From: Eledone cirrhosa
Taxonomy: Eukaryota
Direction: 5' to 3'
Length of the DNA: 64,000 nt
NCBI GenBank assembly: GCA_964016885.1
Contig: OZ024742.1
Coordinates: 272,862,001 to 272,926,000 of the forward strand
Shown here: positions 1 through 13,854 of the stretch, piece after piece
Numbering within the stretch: the first letter of the stretch is position 1
Layout of the letters: the number at the start of each line of letters is the position of its first letter
Made by a program: the position numbers and the translations under genes
The notes under the pieces: model-generated
What the model was told of the DNA's origin: nothing
The model's database searches: none
Seen by the model: the letters and a program-made list of their open reading frames with translations, nothing else

Positions 1-890
1 GAAACAAAAAAAAGAAATTGTGAAAGCCATCATATTTAAATAGTAAACTGACATCCACAAATACATGTTTAATTGTTGGCAAGATTCATCCTTACATAAA
101 AAAAAAAACTAAATAGAAAGGATATAGACAAAGAAAACACACAAATCTGACTCCGAAGCACTGCATTAAAAGCTGAGAGGGAATGATTTCTAATTGCAGG
201 GCAGGGACAGAGCCTACCCAACAGAAACTATCAGAAGTACATAACGAGACAAAGAAGAATAAGTAACTGTAAACTATGTGAAGATATAGAAGAAATAGTA
301 ATCCACATTGTCTCCTGATCCCAAGCACTAAACAAAATGAAATATATCCACAGGCATAATAGAGTCGGGCCCTTTATACATAGGAAAGTATGCCAGCATT
401 ATGGAATAATGTCAGAGAATGACAAAGCAACCATTCTCTGTGATATAGCAATACACACATACAGAATGATCAAAGCCAACCAACCAGATATGATAGTGAA
501 ATACCACAAAGAAAACATTGCTTTCTACAAGATGTATCAATCCCCACAGACAACTATACATCATACAAGGAAATAGGGAAACTCTCCAAATATAAAGATC
601 TAGAGATAGATATATCTCTAATGTGGAAAATGAAAACAGAAACAATACCTATCATAATAGGTGCTCTGGGAATGATAAAAAAAACACAGGTAGACAAATA
701 TATAGCCCACACCCAGGACTTTAAAATATATACAGCCTACAAACGATAGCACTACTATACACAGTACACATATGAAAAGTACTATCAATACAATACAAAC
801 AACATCAGCAAAATTTAAAGTGCTAACACTCAAGGCACACAGAGCTGTGCTCGGTAAAGCTGTAATGATGCGCAATAAAAACAATAATGG
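1..890 (+). mobile_element. Degenerate R4/Dong-like non-LTR retrotransposon 3' fragment (CCHC + RLE region)
   Basis: ORF 337-576 reads KYIHRHNRVG..IHRKVCQHYG..ENDKATILCDIAIHT..IKANQPDMIV, i.e. the RHN and PD motifs of RLE-type LINEs; flanks are frameshifted. Confidence 0.7.
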
Positions 891-1489
891 ACATGAGGAT
901 GGCAATAACAGAAAGGTGACCTACTGGCATGTCTGCAAATGGAAACATGATTTACTGGTATTTGTGCAAATGGAAAAGTGATTTACTGGCATTTGTCCAA
1001 ATTAAACTATTTAACACATGCTTAGAGGTGGTAAGATTAAACACGAGAATCAATGAAGGAAAACGACAGGTTGAAGGTAAAAAGTGATTTCAGAACACAA
1101 ACTGATAAAGAATTAAATCACAAGAGGCTTGACTTTGTGGTTTTCGACAAAGAAAAAAAGACCGTGACTGATTGTAGATGTAGTTTACCCCTTTGAGACA
1201 AGACTGCCAGAAAGGAAGAAGGAGAAGATTAAAATATACTTGATTATAGATGTAGCTTGCCCCTTCGACACAAGAGTACACGAAAGGTAAAGGGAAAACA
1301 ATGACCGGTAACTTCACCTGAAGTAGGAACTAAAAACGATTTGGAACTGTCATGGTCATCCGCATCATCAAGGTTGGCTAAAGACCATCAGCCCACTCAT
1401 CTGTTTTTCAACACTTCAAAAGGCTTGCCCATCCGATACACCCTGAATATATGAGGCTGCATATAGCAGTTTGATATTAATCATAATAA

Positions 1490-2420
1490 GGGATTAATGA
1501 AGGCTCTGACATTCAGTATGCAACTATGAAATTGAGGATAAGAAAAGTAGGTTACAGGAGAGTACACACTGTTCTGAAATCAGAACTAAATTCCCATAAC
1601 CAGGTTTTAGCCATACATTCTTTGGCAGTCCCAGTTGTCACTTATAGCTTCGGTGGGTTAAACTGGAATATAAGTGAAATTAAATGAATCGATACCAAAA
1701 TCCGTAAGTTACTGACTTCTCATAGGATGCACCACCCGAAAGCAGATGTGGATCGTCTGGAACTCTCATGAACTGAAGGAGGCCATGAATTGATCCAATT
1801 TGAACTTACCTACAAGGCCGCCACTATTGGACAAGCCAAATACCTTGAAACAAAAAACGGCTGTATGCTAAAACTTTGTTGAAAAGCATGAGAGAAGTAA
1901 GAAGCGTCATTCTATCTTGTGGGAGGGAAAAATATACTACTGATCTCATGCTTGATCCTCAGGTGGGACAGACTATGTGAACTGTTGTAACTGATAAATG
2001 TAATGGCAAAAGCAAAAGGGTAAGGACAATCAGCATCAAAGTGGTAGCAGAACTCTCTCTGCATGGCATATATGTGGCCCGTAGCAAACAAGCTGATGTT
2101 GACCGATAACACAGCCATCAGTTCAGTGGCTACGTAGCTCAGCACTAAAAGCAGAGAGCGAAGACTTCATTATAGCTGCCCAAGTTCAAAGCTTATTGAC
2201 ATGTAATTACCAGACCAATGTGATGAGAAATAGAGTAAATCCAAAGTGCCGATTCTGCAATAAGGAGTTTGAAACAGTGGATCACTTAATTTCTGGATGA
2301 AAAATGTTAGCACCAGTAGAGTATAAATGTAGACATGACAGAGTTGGCCAATATCTACAGTGGGGAATATGTCTGCATTATCAAATCAAAGCTGATCAAG
2401 AAAGGTACAGAACAGTATTT
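1490..2420 (+). mobile_element. Degenerate R4/Dong-like LINE, RT thumb to CCHC region
   Basis: Manual translation gives LAVPVVTYSFG..W...IDTKIRKLLTSHRMHHPKADVDRL and CRFC..EFETVDHLISG; ORF 2304 gives LAPVEYKCRHDRVGQYLQWGIC. Confidence 0.75.
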
Positions 2421-3740
2421 GCAAATGATTCCTGGTTTACGCTCTTTGCAAGAGGTGCTAAATGTTGTTTTGACTGGTATTGCACACGTATTGAGAAGAG
2501 CATTATCTCTGTGAGAATGATAACCCCCTTTGGATGTATGTGCTTGTTCATTAAACACCTTTTTAACAGTCTCAATCCCCTTTGACCGACTATTATGCTC
2601 AACATCCTGCTCACGTAACCCTCTCCAAAACGTGTTCATCCTCAAGAATAACATATTTACCTCTTTCTTCTCCTTCAGGCTGTTCAAATAACTTATGGTT
2701 GATGTCGAGTATGCCACTTTCTCTATAATGGCTAACTCTTTTCTCCTATATTTTATGTGTTGCACTCTTGGCTATGACTCGTTACTTTAGTTCCTTTATC
2801 ATAACATTTATTTCTTTGATCTTTCTGTTGTATTTCCTTGTCAATCTATCCTTAGTATCATTGTTTTTAATGTTCACTTCAATGAGAACCAAAGTTTGTC
2901 GTTGTCCTTTCTTATTTCGTTGATTAGACCAATCAACCTCTTCTTCCACCAAGTTTCTCTCTTTTCTCATCTGTTTTCATATGTCTTTATACAAAGCGAT
3001 ATCTTCACCACATTTCCGGTTGCTTTGAGGATGTTATAACATTGTTGAAGATTCTTAGCCACAATGTATAGAACGACCCGGTTTACCTTAGTTGTTCCTT
3101 TTAACCTTATTTCTGTCTACAAATCTTACATTCATAGGTTTTCCAATCTCGTTATTCATTTCATCCACTATTCAATTCAGAATATCAACAAAATATTGCC
3201 TTAGCCTGCCAGTCTTCATTTCATCTATGGCCGTATCTTTCCACTTTATATTATTTATATCAACTATTAGATTATTGTCTTCGTCGATAAGTCAATCAGG
3301 TCTCATGACCACTTCACACTAATTTTCTGCTAGCACATTTGCCTGATTCCCTCCTCTTTTTACAGGCTCATTTGCCTGATCTATTCCACTTTCCATTTCC
3401 TGCTTAATCTCTCTACACAGTTCATCCAATTCCAACTCGCGTACGCATACATTATTTTTCATTACACGAGACTGGCACAGTGGATTTACGTTCACCTATT
3501 ACAAATAAAGCAATATTGTTCCAACTGATATGCTTAGTCTTTCTTAGTGGGATCTCTGTTCAGATAACGTTTAATTGCACCTTTATTCAATTACTTCGAC
3601 CTGTTGGTTATTGCCTCGTTCTCTACAACACTAGCAGTATTTGGATAAGGGCCAGATACCCTTTCCTGGGACAGAGAACATTTGCTGGAGGAGAGTCCTT
3701 CATATGGTTTTCCTGCTTCATATTAAGCGTTATTTGAATT
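2421..3740 (-). mobile_element. Degenerate LINE fragment, probably the N-terminal part of an R4/Dong-like element
   Basis: Broken K/R/E-rich minus-strand ORFs (2355-2765, 2782-2970) adjoining the other R4-like pieces; family assigned by resemblance only. Confidence 0.4.
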
Positions 3741-4061
3741 TTTAGGTTCGATATTTATGCACTGATAAAGAGGATCAGTGAATTTAAGTTTGCACTAAAA
3801 CCAGCGTTTTTAACACGACACCATCACTAGATTGGAGATTTACGTGACACATTTTATCAGTATTACCATTAATGACCTTCGTCCTGTTTTTTGTAAAGTG
3901 AATCCTGTGTGGCTAATTGGGAAACCATTAATATTATTTTTTTAAAGTGTTAGTTTTTTCAAATAATTCTGTTGTAGTGGTAGTTGTGGTGTTGTTGTTT
4001 GTGGTGGTACCACTCGTGCCATTTTAATGTTTGATTTCCATGGCAGTTTCTTTATTATTAT

Positions 4062-4240
4062 AGGTGGATTGGCTGTATCGGGAGATGCAGCAAAGAGTTA
4101 CGGCCCTTTATGATCTGAGTTCAAATCCCGCCGAATTTAACTTAACCTTGCGAGGTTGAGAAAATAAAGCACTAGTAATAGTATGGGATAATTGCTGTCC
4201 TTGTGCCAAAAGTAGAAACAATTATCATTATTATTATTAT
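4062..4240 (+). mobile_element. tRNA-derived SINE (degenerate copy)
   Basis: ggtggattggc..tcgg A-box, gagttcaaatcccgccg B-box, ccttgtgccaaaagtagaaac end and (ATT)n tail. Confidence 0.8.
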
Positions 4241-4248
4241 TATTGCAA

Positions 4249-4446
4249 AGGCGGTGGATTGGCAGTATCGGTAGAGCGTCGGACGCCATGCTTTCCAGCA
4301 TAGTTACGTCCCTTTACGATCTGAGTTCAAATCCCGCCGAGGTTAACTTTGCCTTTCATCCTTACGGGGTCGATAAAATAAAGTACCAGTAATGCACTGG
4401 GTATTTGCTGGCCTTGTGCCAAAAGTAGAAACAATTATTATTATTG
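4249..4446 (+). mobile_element. tRNA-derived SINE, full length (octopus-type; central domain resembles the MetaSINE core)
   Basis: tggcagtatcgg A-box, gagttcaaatcc B-box, core gcctttcatccttacggggtcgataaaataaagtaccag, (ATT)n tail; about 9 copies in the window. Confidence 0.88.
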
Positions 4447-4589
4447 CATTTATATTCCTTTATGTTCATAATTATGTTCACAACCAGTGACCTCAAGAGA
4501 CAACAAGTTCCGCCATGTTCAAGAAAGAAGATACATACACACACATGCATTTTTTGGTGTTTAGACTTGTGATGTACTCATATTAACAG

Positions 4590-5595
4590 AATTTCCTTAG
4601 TATATGGGCAGTTGCCATTAGTACTATCCTTTGTATTTCTTGTATACGCGGGTTTCCTGGGGTTGGGATAAGTTATCATTAAACACCTTAGGTATCATTC
4701 CTAGAGCGCCTACAACTACTGGTATTGTTTTAGTCGTTCAGTATTATATCAGGTCTATTTGCATCTATTTTTTTCCATCTGTTAGGATGTTAAAGTTCCT
4801 CAGGTTTGATTTGTAATATTTCCCAAGTACGGGAGGTGGTTGATGCTCCCACCAATTCTTTTGATGGGGCAGGTCAAAGTGTTTACACATTACCCAATGT
4901 ATGCATTGTGAAGCTCTGCCGTGCCTGTTTAGGTATTCGGTTGGAGCTATAGGACTGCACTTTGAAATTATATGATCAATGGTCTATGGTTGTTTTTTAC
5001 ATACACGGCATAATGGGTTGCATCCATTTTTTATGATGTTGGCTTGATAATTTTTTGTTGGCAGACACTCACCTTATGCTGATATAATCAGTCTTTCATT
5101 CTCCGATTTCAATCTATAGGTTGTCAACCACTGATGGGTTAAAATGTTGTCAACATCAGCACCGATAGCTCTTTCTGGATATTTTCCATACAGAGGCTTT
5201 TCTTGCCATTTCTTAGCCAGTTAATGTAGCAGTTCTTTCTTTGCAGTTACTTTTACCTGCCTTGCTTTTTCTGTGTTTTTCGTTTCCGCAGTAAAGGGAA
5301 CTTCTGAAATGTGTAGTTCATTACTGTACTTTGTGCATCATTTGTAATGGAGTACCATCTTTTGATGCTTTCGTGTTTCAAAACGAGTTTGATCATCCAA
5401 TCATGTGATTCCTTAGATATATAGATAATCCAAATGTTGCAGTTTTCAAAGCAATATATAACTGGATTAATCCACGTCCTCCTTCTTTCCTAGGGAGATA
5501 TATTCTATCTGTATCTGCCTTAGGGTGATGCATTCTGTGCTTGACCAGTTGATGACATTGAAACTGTAGGTTTCACCTGGTATGGCAAGCGTGTT
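4590..5595 (-). mobile_element. Degenerate R4/Dong-like LINE fragment
   Basis: Reverse strand reads MHHPKADTDRIYLPRKEGGRGLIQL, WLTTYRLKSENERL and IPVVVGALGMIPK; same family as 1490-2420. Confidence 0.75.
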
Positions 5596-5618
5596 TGTTA
5601 TTGTTATTATTATTAATG

Positions 5619-5808
5619 ATGGCGGTGGTTTGGCAGTATCTGTAGAGGGTCGGACGCCATGCTTTGCAGCAACGACTTACGCCCCTTTATGGTCTGATTT
5701 TAAATTTAACCGAGGTTAACTTTTGCCTTTCATGCTTACGGTGTTGATAACATAAATACCAGTAATACACTGGTTTAATTGCTGGCCTTGTGCCAAAAGT
5801 AGAAAAAA
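5619..5808 (+). mobile_element. tRNA-derived SINE
   Basis: Matches 4249-4446 along its length; tail interrupted by the Tx1-like LINE. Confidence 0.85.
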
Positions 5809-5811
5809 ACT

Positions 5812-8800
5812 TTTTTTTTCAAGGACCAGCAATTACGGACGGTGAGTTACCGCACTGTAAGCAAACTGTCACATCGGGTGGAGAGAGCCGGAGAGGCTCA
5901 AATCCAAACGTCCTTGCGGTGCGTCTGGGCGCGCAAAAGCTTCATCACGAGAGGAAAACATATGCCACAGTTGACGTACTTTTTGCCACCCTCAGGACGC
6001 GAAGTCTCCCTCTTTGGTAACCCTAAAGAGTGAGGTGATAGTATTGGTGCCCTCCTACTGTGGGCAGAAAATTGTGAGGGTTAAAGTGTCCCAGGTCCCG
6101 CCCGACGTGCCCATACCTTGGCTGGCCACATCTGTCATTGTTAGAATCGAGGATAGGATCACCATGCAACAAGTAGAGGGAACTGGTCGGGTATATGCAT
6201 GCACATGCTAACACAAACTGACCAAGAGTGTATCGAGACTATCCTCGATATCATAGACCTTGAGGAAGGACTGCAACTCCCTATAAGCGTGGTAGGAATG
6301 CACCCAAAATGATATCTCTGTGGGTCAAAGGGTCACCTCAGGGCATTTTGCGCGCAGAAGACCGCGAAGAAGAAACTCACCCCTCCTTCCAACGCCTGGT
6401 CCGCTGCTATCAAATGTAGGGCAGGCAACAAAGGCAGAAAACCCTTCCACGGTGAGTAGGAGGGATACGTCCGTGGCACCCATATAAAGGCCACCGACGA
6501 CTAAAACAGAAGAAGCAGTAGCGGCAACACCAGCAGCTACATTTGCAGTAGCTGCACCAGCAACAAAATCGCCGCAGAGGGCTCCACTACCACCACCAAC
6601 AGCCGTGGAACAGATATACCCTACCCAGCCGCCACAGAATCCCACATGGTTTCTGACGAGGGAGTGAAGTGGCAAACGGTCTACCACAAAGGCAAACAAA
6701 GAGAGGTAAAAGCTGCAAGGCGACTCGCAGCAAGGCCACCACCATCACCACCTCAACCATCACCACCAGTAACAACACACCATCACCAGCATCACCACAA
6801 TCACCAACATCGCAAACACAACAAAGCAAACATACACATAGCAGCAACAACAAAACTGCAACAAAACTGAACCCCCCAAAAAACATTACACAGCCATAAA
6901 CATGGCAAATAAAGAATTCTTAGAACATATAAAAGCAGCACACATACATTACAGACAAAAATTACTACACCCCACAAACACCAAGAACATTCCCGAAAGA
7001 TATAAACATTATTGACATTAAAATAGAACATTATAATCATTTAAAGAAAAAATCCCCAACGCAGTTGGATACTTTAGAGGGTCGGTTACGAAGAGGATAT
7101 ACACCGACATAATCTTGGCGACACCCATGAACAGCCTAAGGGACGGTTCGACTGTCCCTTTCCCACACGATCAGGGTAGGTGTTCCTTTCTCACTTACTC
7201 CATTCCGCACCAAACATGGCCTTGCTTAGAATGGGCAGTATAAATATAAGTGGCCTGGGGTCAACTTGGAAGCAGGTCACTAAACATAGATGTGGTGGCT
7301 ATCAACGAGACCAGAATTTCCAAAGCGCGAGACTTCGCAACGATCTTCCGCGGCTACGATATATACGCATCTCCCAGCCGTCCAAGCGGGGCAGTGATGC
7401 TGTGCTTTTTCCGAAAGGCTTGATCTCGCCACACGGGCGATCTTCCTGGAGCCATAATGTAAGTTGGTGGTGCTGGACGTGACAGGCAGTGAAGGCAATG
7501 GTTTCAGGCTAGTAGCCGTCTACGACACAGCAGGGGCAGGACGGCCAGATTTCTTCAGACGTCAAGAGACCTTTCTGGGAAAGTCTCGCTCTTTGCTGTT
7601 AGTGAGTGACTGGAAGGGTAACTTAGATGCACGCTGGGATTATGTGGGGCTAGTAAATAAGGAGGAGGATGTAAAAGCCTCAATAACCTGCTCAGAGCTG
7701 TTCAACTGTCTGACCGGTATCGACTGGATTATCCGAATGTACCAATGTGAACATGGGCAAACCGCATCGGGTCATCCAGATCGTATCTAGATAGGGTATT
7801 GGGTAGGGAAACAGATAAACCTAGCGTAGGTTGTCCACAATTTAACGTAGTCGACTACATGGACCACAAATTTGTGATCTGTGAAGTTGACTTAGACAGA
7901 CTTCATAGACAAGGACCCGGTTACTGGAAGCTAAACGCGCCTTTCCCGTCACGCAAAGATTACAGAGACCGGATAAGCGAATTAGATAAGCGTGCGTTGA
8001 CGGGTGCGATCGTCAACAACAGGTGGTAGTTTACCCTGAAAAGGGCTATTAGAGTATAATTGATAAGGTTTAGGAAAGGACTAGTGATAGAGGAAAATAG
8101 AGTCGAAGGAGAGCTAGTTAGAAAGCTAGAAGAGGCGTTTAGGAAGTATCGCAACCGACGTGCTTGCGGTGAGATTGGCCTCAACCAATTCTTCAAAGCA
8201 AAGCACGAAGGCTGCGTTGTCGGAACTAGAGCGCGTGATCTGAGACTCGAAGGGACAAAAGCTTTCCAATGGGCCCAGGTGGTGGAGGCCAGACGTGGTA
8301 ACAAAGGCCTAATTCGGTCCTTGCCTGACCAAAACGGGCACATGTTACTCGAACCAGATCAGATGTGTGAGGCTTTTCAGTAGCACTTTCCTCAAATGTT
8401 TAGAAGCGGCGGCGGGCTGGATCGCAGTATGCGCTTCATTGCATACCCGGAGGGACTGCCGCATCTCCCACCGACCGCAGCGCAGTATTAGTGAAAAGCC
8501 GATAATAGCAGGTGAAATACGGGCAGTGATGTCTGACTGCACGAGGGGTAAATCACCAGGTTTGGATAGTCTGTCCTATGAGATTTATGCTTACATGCCA
8601 GACTTGTTCGGTGACCTACTGGGATATGTCTACTGCGACTGGCAGCAGAACGGGATCATTCACAGTTTTGTGAGCCGGGAGCGGTGGCGCTGATGACAAA
8701 ATAACCGAACAAGGATGATGTTATAGAAAACTTCAGACCCATAATTCTGTTAAACACAGATTTCAAGATTTTGGCCAAGGTGTAAGCAACGGCATTGGCG

Positions 8801-10815
8801 CTATTCGTCGGTGATCTGGTAGGAGAATCGCAGATAGGCGCCATTCCAGACAGATCCATCCACGACAACCACCACCTCATGCGAAACATCATAGAAAGGG
8901 CGGTAAAGGAATCTAGCACTGGGGTCCCCTATAAAATTGGATCAATCTAAGGCATTTGATAGGGTCGAGCATCGCCACCTGGCGGCGGTCCTCAAGGCAG
9001 CCGGTTTCGGGCCCATTTTGGGGGCGTTGAATCGCTGTGGTGGACAAGTAATCTGGTGTGTCATGAAGGTGAACGGTCATCTGTCACAGGTGCTCTGCAT
9101 CATGTGCTTGGTCCGCCATGGTTGCCCCCTCTCGTCGCACATGTACGTATTAGCCCTAGATCCGTTACTGCACAAAATGGAGGCAATAAGAAGTGTCCCA
9201 CTCGAACTAGGATGTGGGAGATCCGTATCGGCTTATGTCGACGAAGTCACCGTGTTGGTGTCAAGTACCAGTCATGTCCAGATGCTCGGCCACGCTCTCA
9301 AGGAATATGAAGCTGTTTGCTGCCGCTCGGCATCTGGAGAGGCAAGTCCATGCCGCCGACAGCGTTGTGGGGCCTGGACGGACGGACCGGTTGAATTGGA
9401 CGGCGTCTGGTTCGGTTAGGACCTCTAGATGGAGAAACATTGGAGAAAAGTGTCAAGTAGTGTGACCCCCCCCCCCGATATGGAATGATGTCGGGCAGAG
9501 GTGGTGAATGCGTTCGCCGAATCGTCATCTGCTCCTTCATAACTGTTGTATATTGCCCCGGCCCAACTCTGACAAAAATGGGGCGCCTCCTCTTCCGCTT
9601 TTTATCGAAGGAACATGCTCCCATAGTCAGACGATCCATCTGCTGCCAACGCTCATTGCGTGGAGGACTGGGCATGCCGTGGCTGATGATGCGCAAACAC
9701 GTGCTGAGGCTGCGACATCTCTGGTGCTTCCTTGTCGGTGAACAGGTGTGGACGCCGTTTGCCAGAAGTGTTATCCCCCAGCTCGTCTCAGTAACGGAAC
9801 TGCAGTCCTGGATCAGGAAAAAATCGGTGGATAGCGCTTGAAAGGTTGAATGTCTCCAAGCGCTCACAGCTTTCTACCAGCTGGGTACTAGTATCAGTGG
9901 AACATCCACCTCGGCGTTCTATAGATGACTAGCAGGGGGGTAGAGTGACGACGTTCTCGGGGAGACCCTGGCCCTCGAAAACGATCAGCTGTTCGCTCTC
10001 TTCAATAGAACTTTCCGCCAGGGGCCTATGGACAACTTCCAGAAATTCCTGGCCTGGAAGTGATACCGGGGAGAGTCCGCTTCGGGATAAACTCTACAGA
10101 CACGGAAGTGCCGTCAGCCGAACCTGTCCGAGATGTGCCCAGGGCGTCGAAACCGTTGTGCTCGCACGCGTTCAGTGTCCGAGCAATGCTGACTTGTAGA
10201 GCTATGTCGAACCTTTCCTGTCACGTGTAGGACGGATCCAGTTATCGACTGAATCCATTGTGCAGACAGCACTGCCATCCTTCTTTACGGAGGGGGAAAG
10301 GCAGGTAGTTTTCATCTGCCCATTATCCATGGCGAAAGAGATTGTATGGTGGACAAGGTTGAAAATATTGAAGACGGACACTTTCCTCTTCAGCGAATCT
10401 CTGATTATTTTTTTCAAAAAATCACCTGAAGAGAAAAATCAGGATGGAGAGGCAAGTGCTACCTTGTAGTAAATTTGTTGAACGGTGGGTGAAAGTGGCG
10501 AACCTTGTTCGAGTGAACGGGCCCGTTCTGAGTATGCGCCTGTAGACTGAGGAGTGGGAGAACTGAGAGAGGGTGCTTGCCCTGGTGGTTAGGGTGGCCG
10601 TTGTCTTTTATGTGGTTTTCACTACGAGTGACCCTCGGAGGTTTCCCTCTTTTGGGGGAATTTTTGCTGTTTGAATTTTTTTTTATTTGTTTTTACACAT
10701 TTCTTTCTTCTTATTATACTCTTTTTACACGGCCAAAACCCACTTCGTATTGTCCAGTACCGTTCTGTGCCGTCTGTAATGTTTTTCTTCGTGTTAGCCC
10801 TTGTGTCCAATAAAG
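5812..10815 (+). mobile_element. Near full-length decayed Tx1/L1-clade LINE (ORF1 zinc knuckle, APE, RT, C-terminal Zn motif)
   Basis: *YLCGSKGHLRAFC knuckle at ~6310; APE motifs SINISGL, RLVAVY, DHK and GPGYWKLN at 7216-7940; RT motifs GKSPGLDSL, FRPIILLNTDFKILAKV, DQSKAFDRVEH, VRHGCPLS and SAYVDEVTV; GGLGMP; CPRC..ET..C at ~10125; AATAAA at ~10808. Many stops and frameshifts. Confidence 0.88.
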
Positions 10816-10837
10816 AAACCATTATTATTATTATTAG

Positions 10838-11010
10838 GTCCGTATCAGTAGATACTTATCGAGTTCTGAGTTGAAATTCCACTAAGATTAACTTTTCCTT
10901 TCATATTCCGATATAACATAGTACTGGTAACGTAGAGAAATCGAGTTATTCGACTTTGCCCTATCCACTAAACGCTTGGCCTTGTGCCTAAATCTATGAC
11001 CGTCATTATT
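10838..11010 (+). mobile_element. Degenerate tRNA-derived SINE
   Basis: gagttgaaattcc B-box-like, ttaacttttcctttcat and ggccttgtgcc motifs. Confidence 0.6.
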
Positions 11011-13399
11011 ATTTATATTTACACTTTACAAGCACATTGCCTTATAATTCTTTTTATTTCATATCTTTTTTATTTTCCGTTTTCTTTTCTTATTTTCTTA
11101 TTTTTATTATTCTTCTTTACCCTTTTTTCATTTATACTTTTTATCTTTTTGTTTTTTTACGTTATATATTCTTTTTACTCTTTGTTGTTTTTTATATGTT
11201 ACTCTTTTATTCTTTATCCTTCCCTCTTAAAATTCTCTCTAGCGATAATTATTTTATCACACAAGGTTTGGGCATGTTAGGAGAACAGATCCATATTCAC
11301 ATTTCAAATGGATGCTTATTAATACTCAATCTCTGGATCTTGTGTTAAATTTTCTTCTGTCAGATATATGAATTCTAATTTTACGACATTAAAATCATTC
11401 TTTCGAAGAATAACTTATGTATGTAAAATAATAGTTATTCACCAGAGCCTCTCATAGATATTGTTCTGTTAAATAGTTGTATGATATGCACATATTTTGT
11501 CTGAAATGTTTACAGTCCTGTTCATGCCCTCTGAGGTAAACATATTGATACAATTTATTCATTTATATTGCACGAATTAATCTCAATATTAAACATGTTT
11601 CTATATTATCAACAATCCTTACTGAACCGGTCTAATAGTGACTTATTGATTGAAGCTTCCATCTCCCCTCTTAATTGTATAGATTTGACTATGAAATTCA
11701 CAAGCTGCAATAACAAAAAGGAATTCGCTTCTGAGTAACGAACACAGGAATTTTCTCTTTAGATTGAGATCTATGTTGTTATATTTTAAGTTGATAATTT
11801 ACTGAATACCCGCATAAGATTGTAATCTGTAATTTCTGGTTTACATTATATCTAAAGAGTTCCTAACCCATCACTGAAAACCAACACTCATCTTTGAAGA
11901 CCACATCTGCGATAAGTCCCATTAAATATGTGTTCTAGCTAGAGGTTAAATTTACAGAATGTATTATTAATTCTTTTCATTTTTTCTCTATGTCTATATT
12001 AAGTGCAATTTCCGAGCAGTTTGTTATGAGGACCGCATTGAAAATACTGATTATAAATATCGTTATAGCAAAGGACGAACTACTTACATTTAAGTAGCTG
12101 GTGTGGTAAACCTTGAGGTGTTCAAGTATATATGTGCTATACAATTTTCCTTGGTACAATGTATAGTAGGAGGAGCATTATATTCGCAACAAAAAATGTA
12201 GTTTACATGAAATTAGTGAGAAATACTTCACTGCAGTAATATGTGGTGTATCTTGTTAGATTGAATTGCTACGCATTATTTTGAGTTTAGGCCACAAAAT
12301 GACGGACACATTAGAGTGTAATAAAAAGGAAATGAATGATTTGTTATGAATCTCTGCGCTCTGATATTGTATGAGAGTACCGGACAAGAATACTTTTTTT
12401 CTGGAACTGTGCACTGTATATTCAGTTTTCACAGTGGTCTTTATGGGTTATAGACTTAATCCATTTGAAACTTTAGCAGCACCACTCGATATTTGGATTC
12501 GTTAGTGGGACTCGCTCGCTTTAACCAATGTAATGTAATTTTGCCAATGCAACTTACATAATTAATGACATTGAAAGCTTTCCTGTCTATATCTCTTCTT
12601 TCAATGATTAAACAGCAAATAACTAAAAGGAAACATTAAGTTTAGAAAATAACTTTCCAAAGTGTTGCCCTCTACTCTGAAGGGGATATCCGCTTGATTC
12701 ATGTTGAACCACATTTTCCAATTATCATTACTTGTAAAATAATTTACGTTTATTTTAATATATTATAATGTATATGTAACGACAATAGGCAATGATAATG
12801 CATGTAGCCTGATTGCTCAAACTACATTCCACAGGAGAAACATTGCCAGCTAATCATATCTCACAGTTTTATGAAGACATTTCGTATTAGATTCTATATA
12901 TGAGTGATTTGGTTGAAATTACAACAGCAACAAAACAATATAAGGGTCCCTGGACTTAAGTCAATTTAAAAACTAATAAAATTACTCCACATTGAAATAT
13001 GACTATAATTCTGTCATAATAACTTCGTTATATATTCGCTGTTTGGGTGTTTGACTGTAAAACAGATTTCAAGTAAAGTGTTAAGCCTATTGAAAGTTAT
13101 TGCCTAGGACGATTACATCATATATAAACCAATGTGAAACGAATAAATCTTTTAGAAAAAGTACAAACGTTATGTAAATTATACATATAGGCAGGTGTGA
13201 AAGGCTGATGGTAAATTGGTGGCCCTCCAGCATATTTACTCGATTTCCAAGCTGGCATGGGTTAGATGAGGTATCTTGTTGTGAACAATGCCTGGTCAGG
13301 TGCCCATGTCTTGCTAATAGAGAATATAATTTGGCCTGGTTTCTTCACGTCAAACGTATTTGTAGTGAATACATGTGATTGATAGGTGGATGGATTTAT

Positions 13400-13430
<31 letters not shown>

Positions 13431-13561
13431 GTGAGGTTTTTTTTACAAAATGAAAAATAACCGAGGTGTCCTACACGAGTGGAAGTATAAAGAAAAAGGG
13501 ATGAAATCGAAAATGCAACTGAAGTCTTATTTTTTTTTTAAATATATATATTTATTTGGTT

Positions 13562-13599
13562 CCTTTACCGGTTTCGCAGTTCTTCTGCTTTTCAAAAGG
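13562..13599 (-). ncRNA. Minimal type-I hammerhead ribozyme (U3-A8 core variant), inverted pLTR copy
   Basis: Exact reverse complement of 17124-17161. Confidence 0.65.
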
Positions 13600-13854
13600 T
13601 GAGTTGAGATGGAGGGTCTGTGGTTTTTCTCACATCTGGTTGGTCTCTAAATGTTACTTGTTTTATATGGAAAAACTGGCTCGAAAACCAGGTTTTTCGA
13701 GAAGTAATTTGATTGGTTTGTCAATAATTATAATAAATTTCGCGCCAGTTCGCGTTACAATAGTTCTTCAAATAAGAGAGGGGGGGGAGGTTGTCACAGG
13801 TTGTTTTTTCATATATGAGTGTTTGAATTTCTTTTTACTTGAAAAGATGAGGCT

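Noticed and set aside
4249-4340. tRNA gene
   Set aside because: The A/B boxes belong to the SINE head; no cloverleaf.
11300-12150. Possible ancient PLE remnant next to a T-rich tract
   Set aside because: No diagnostic motif could be read in any frame.
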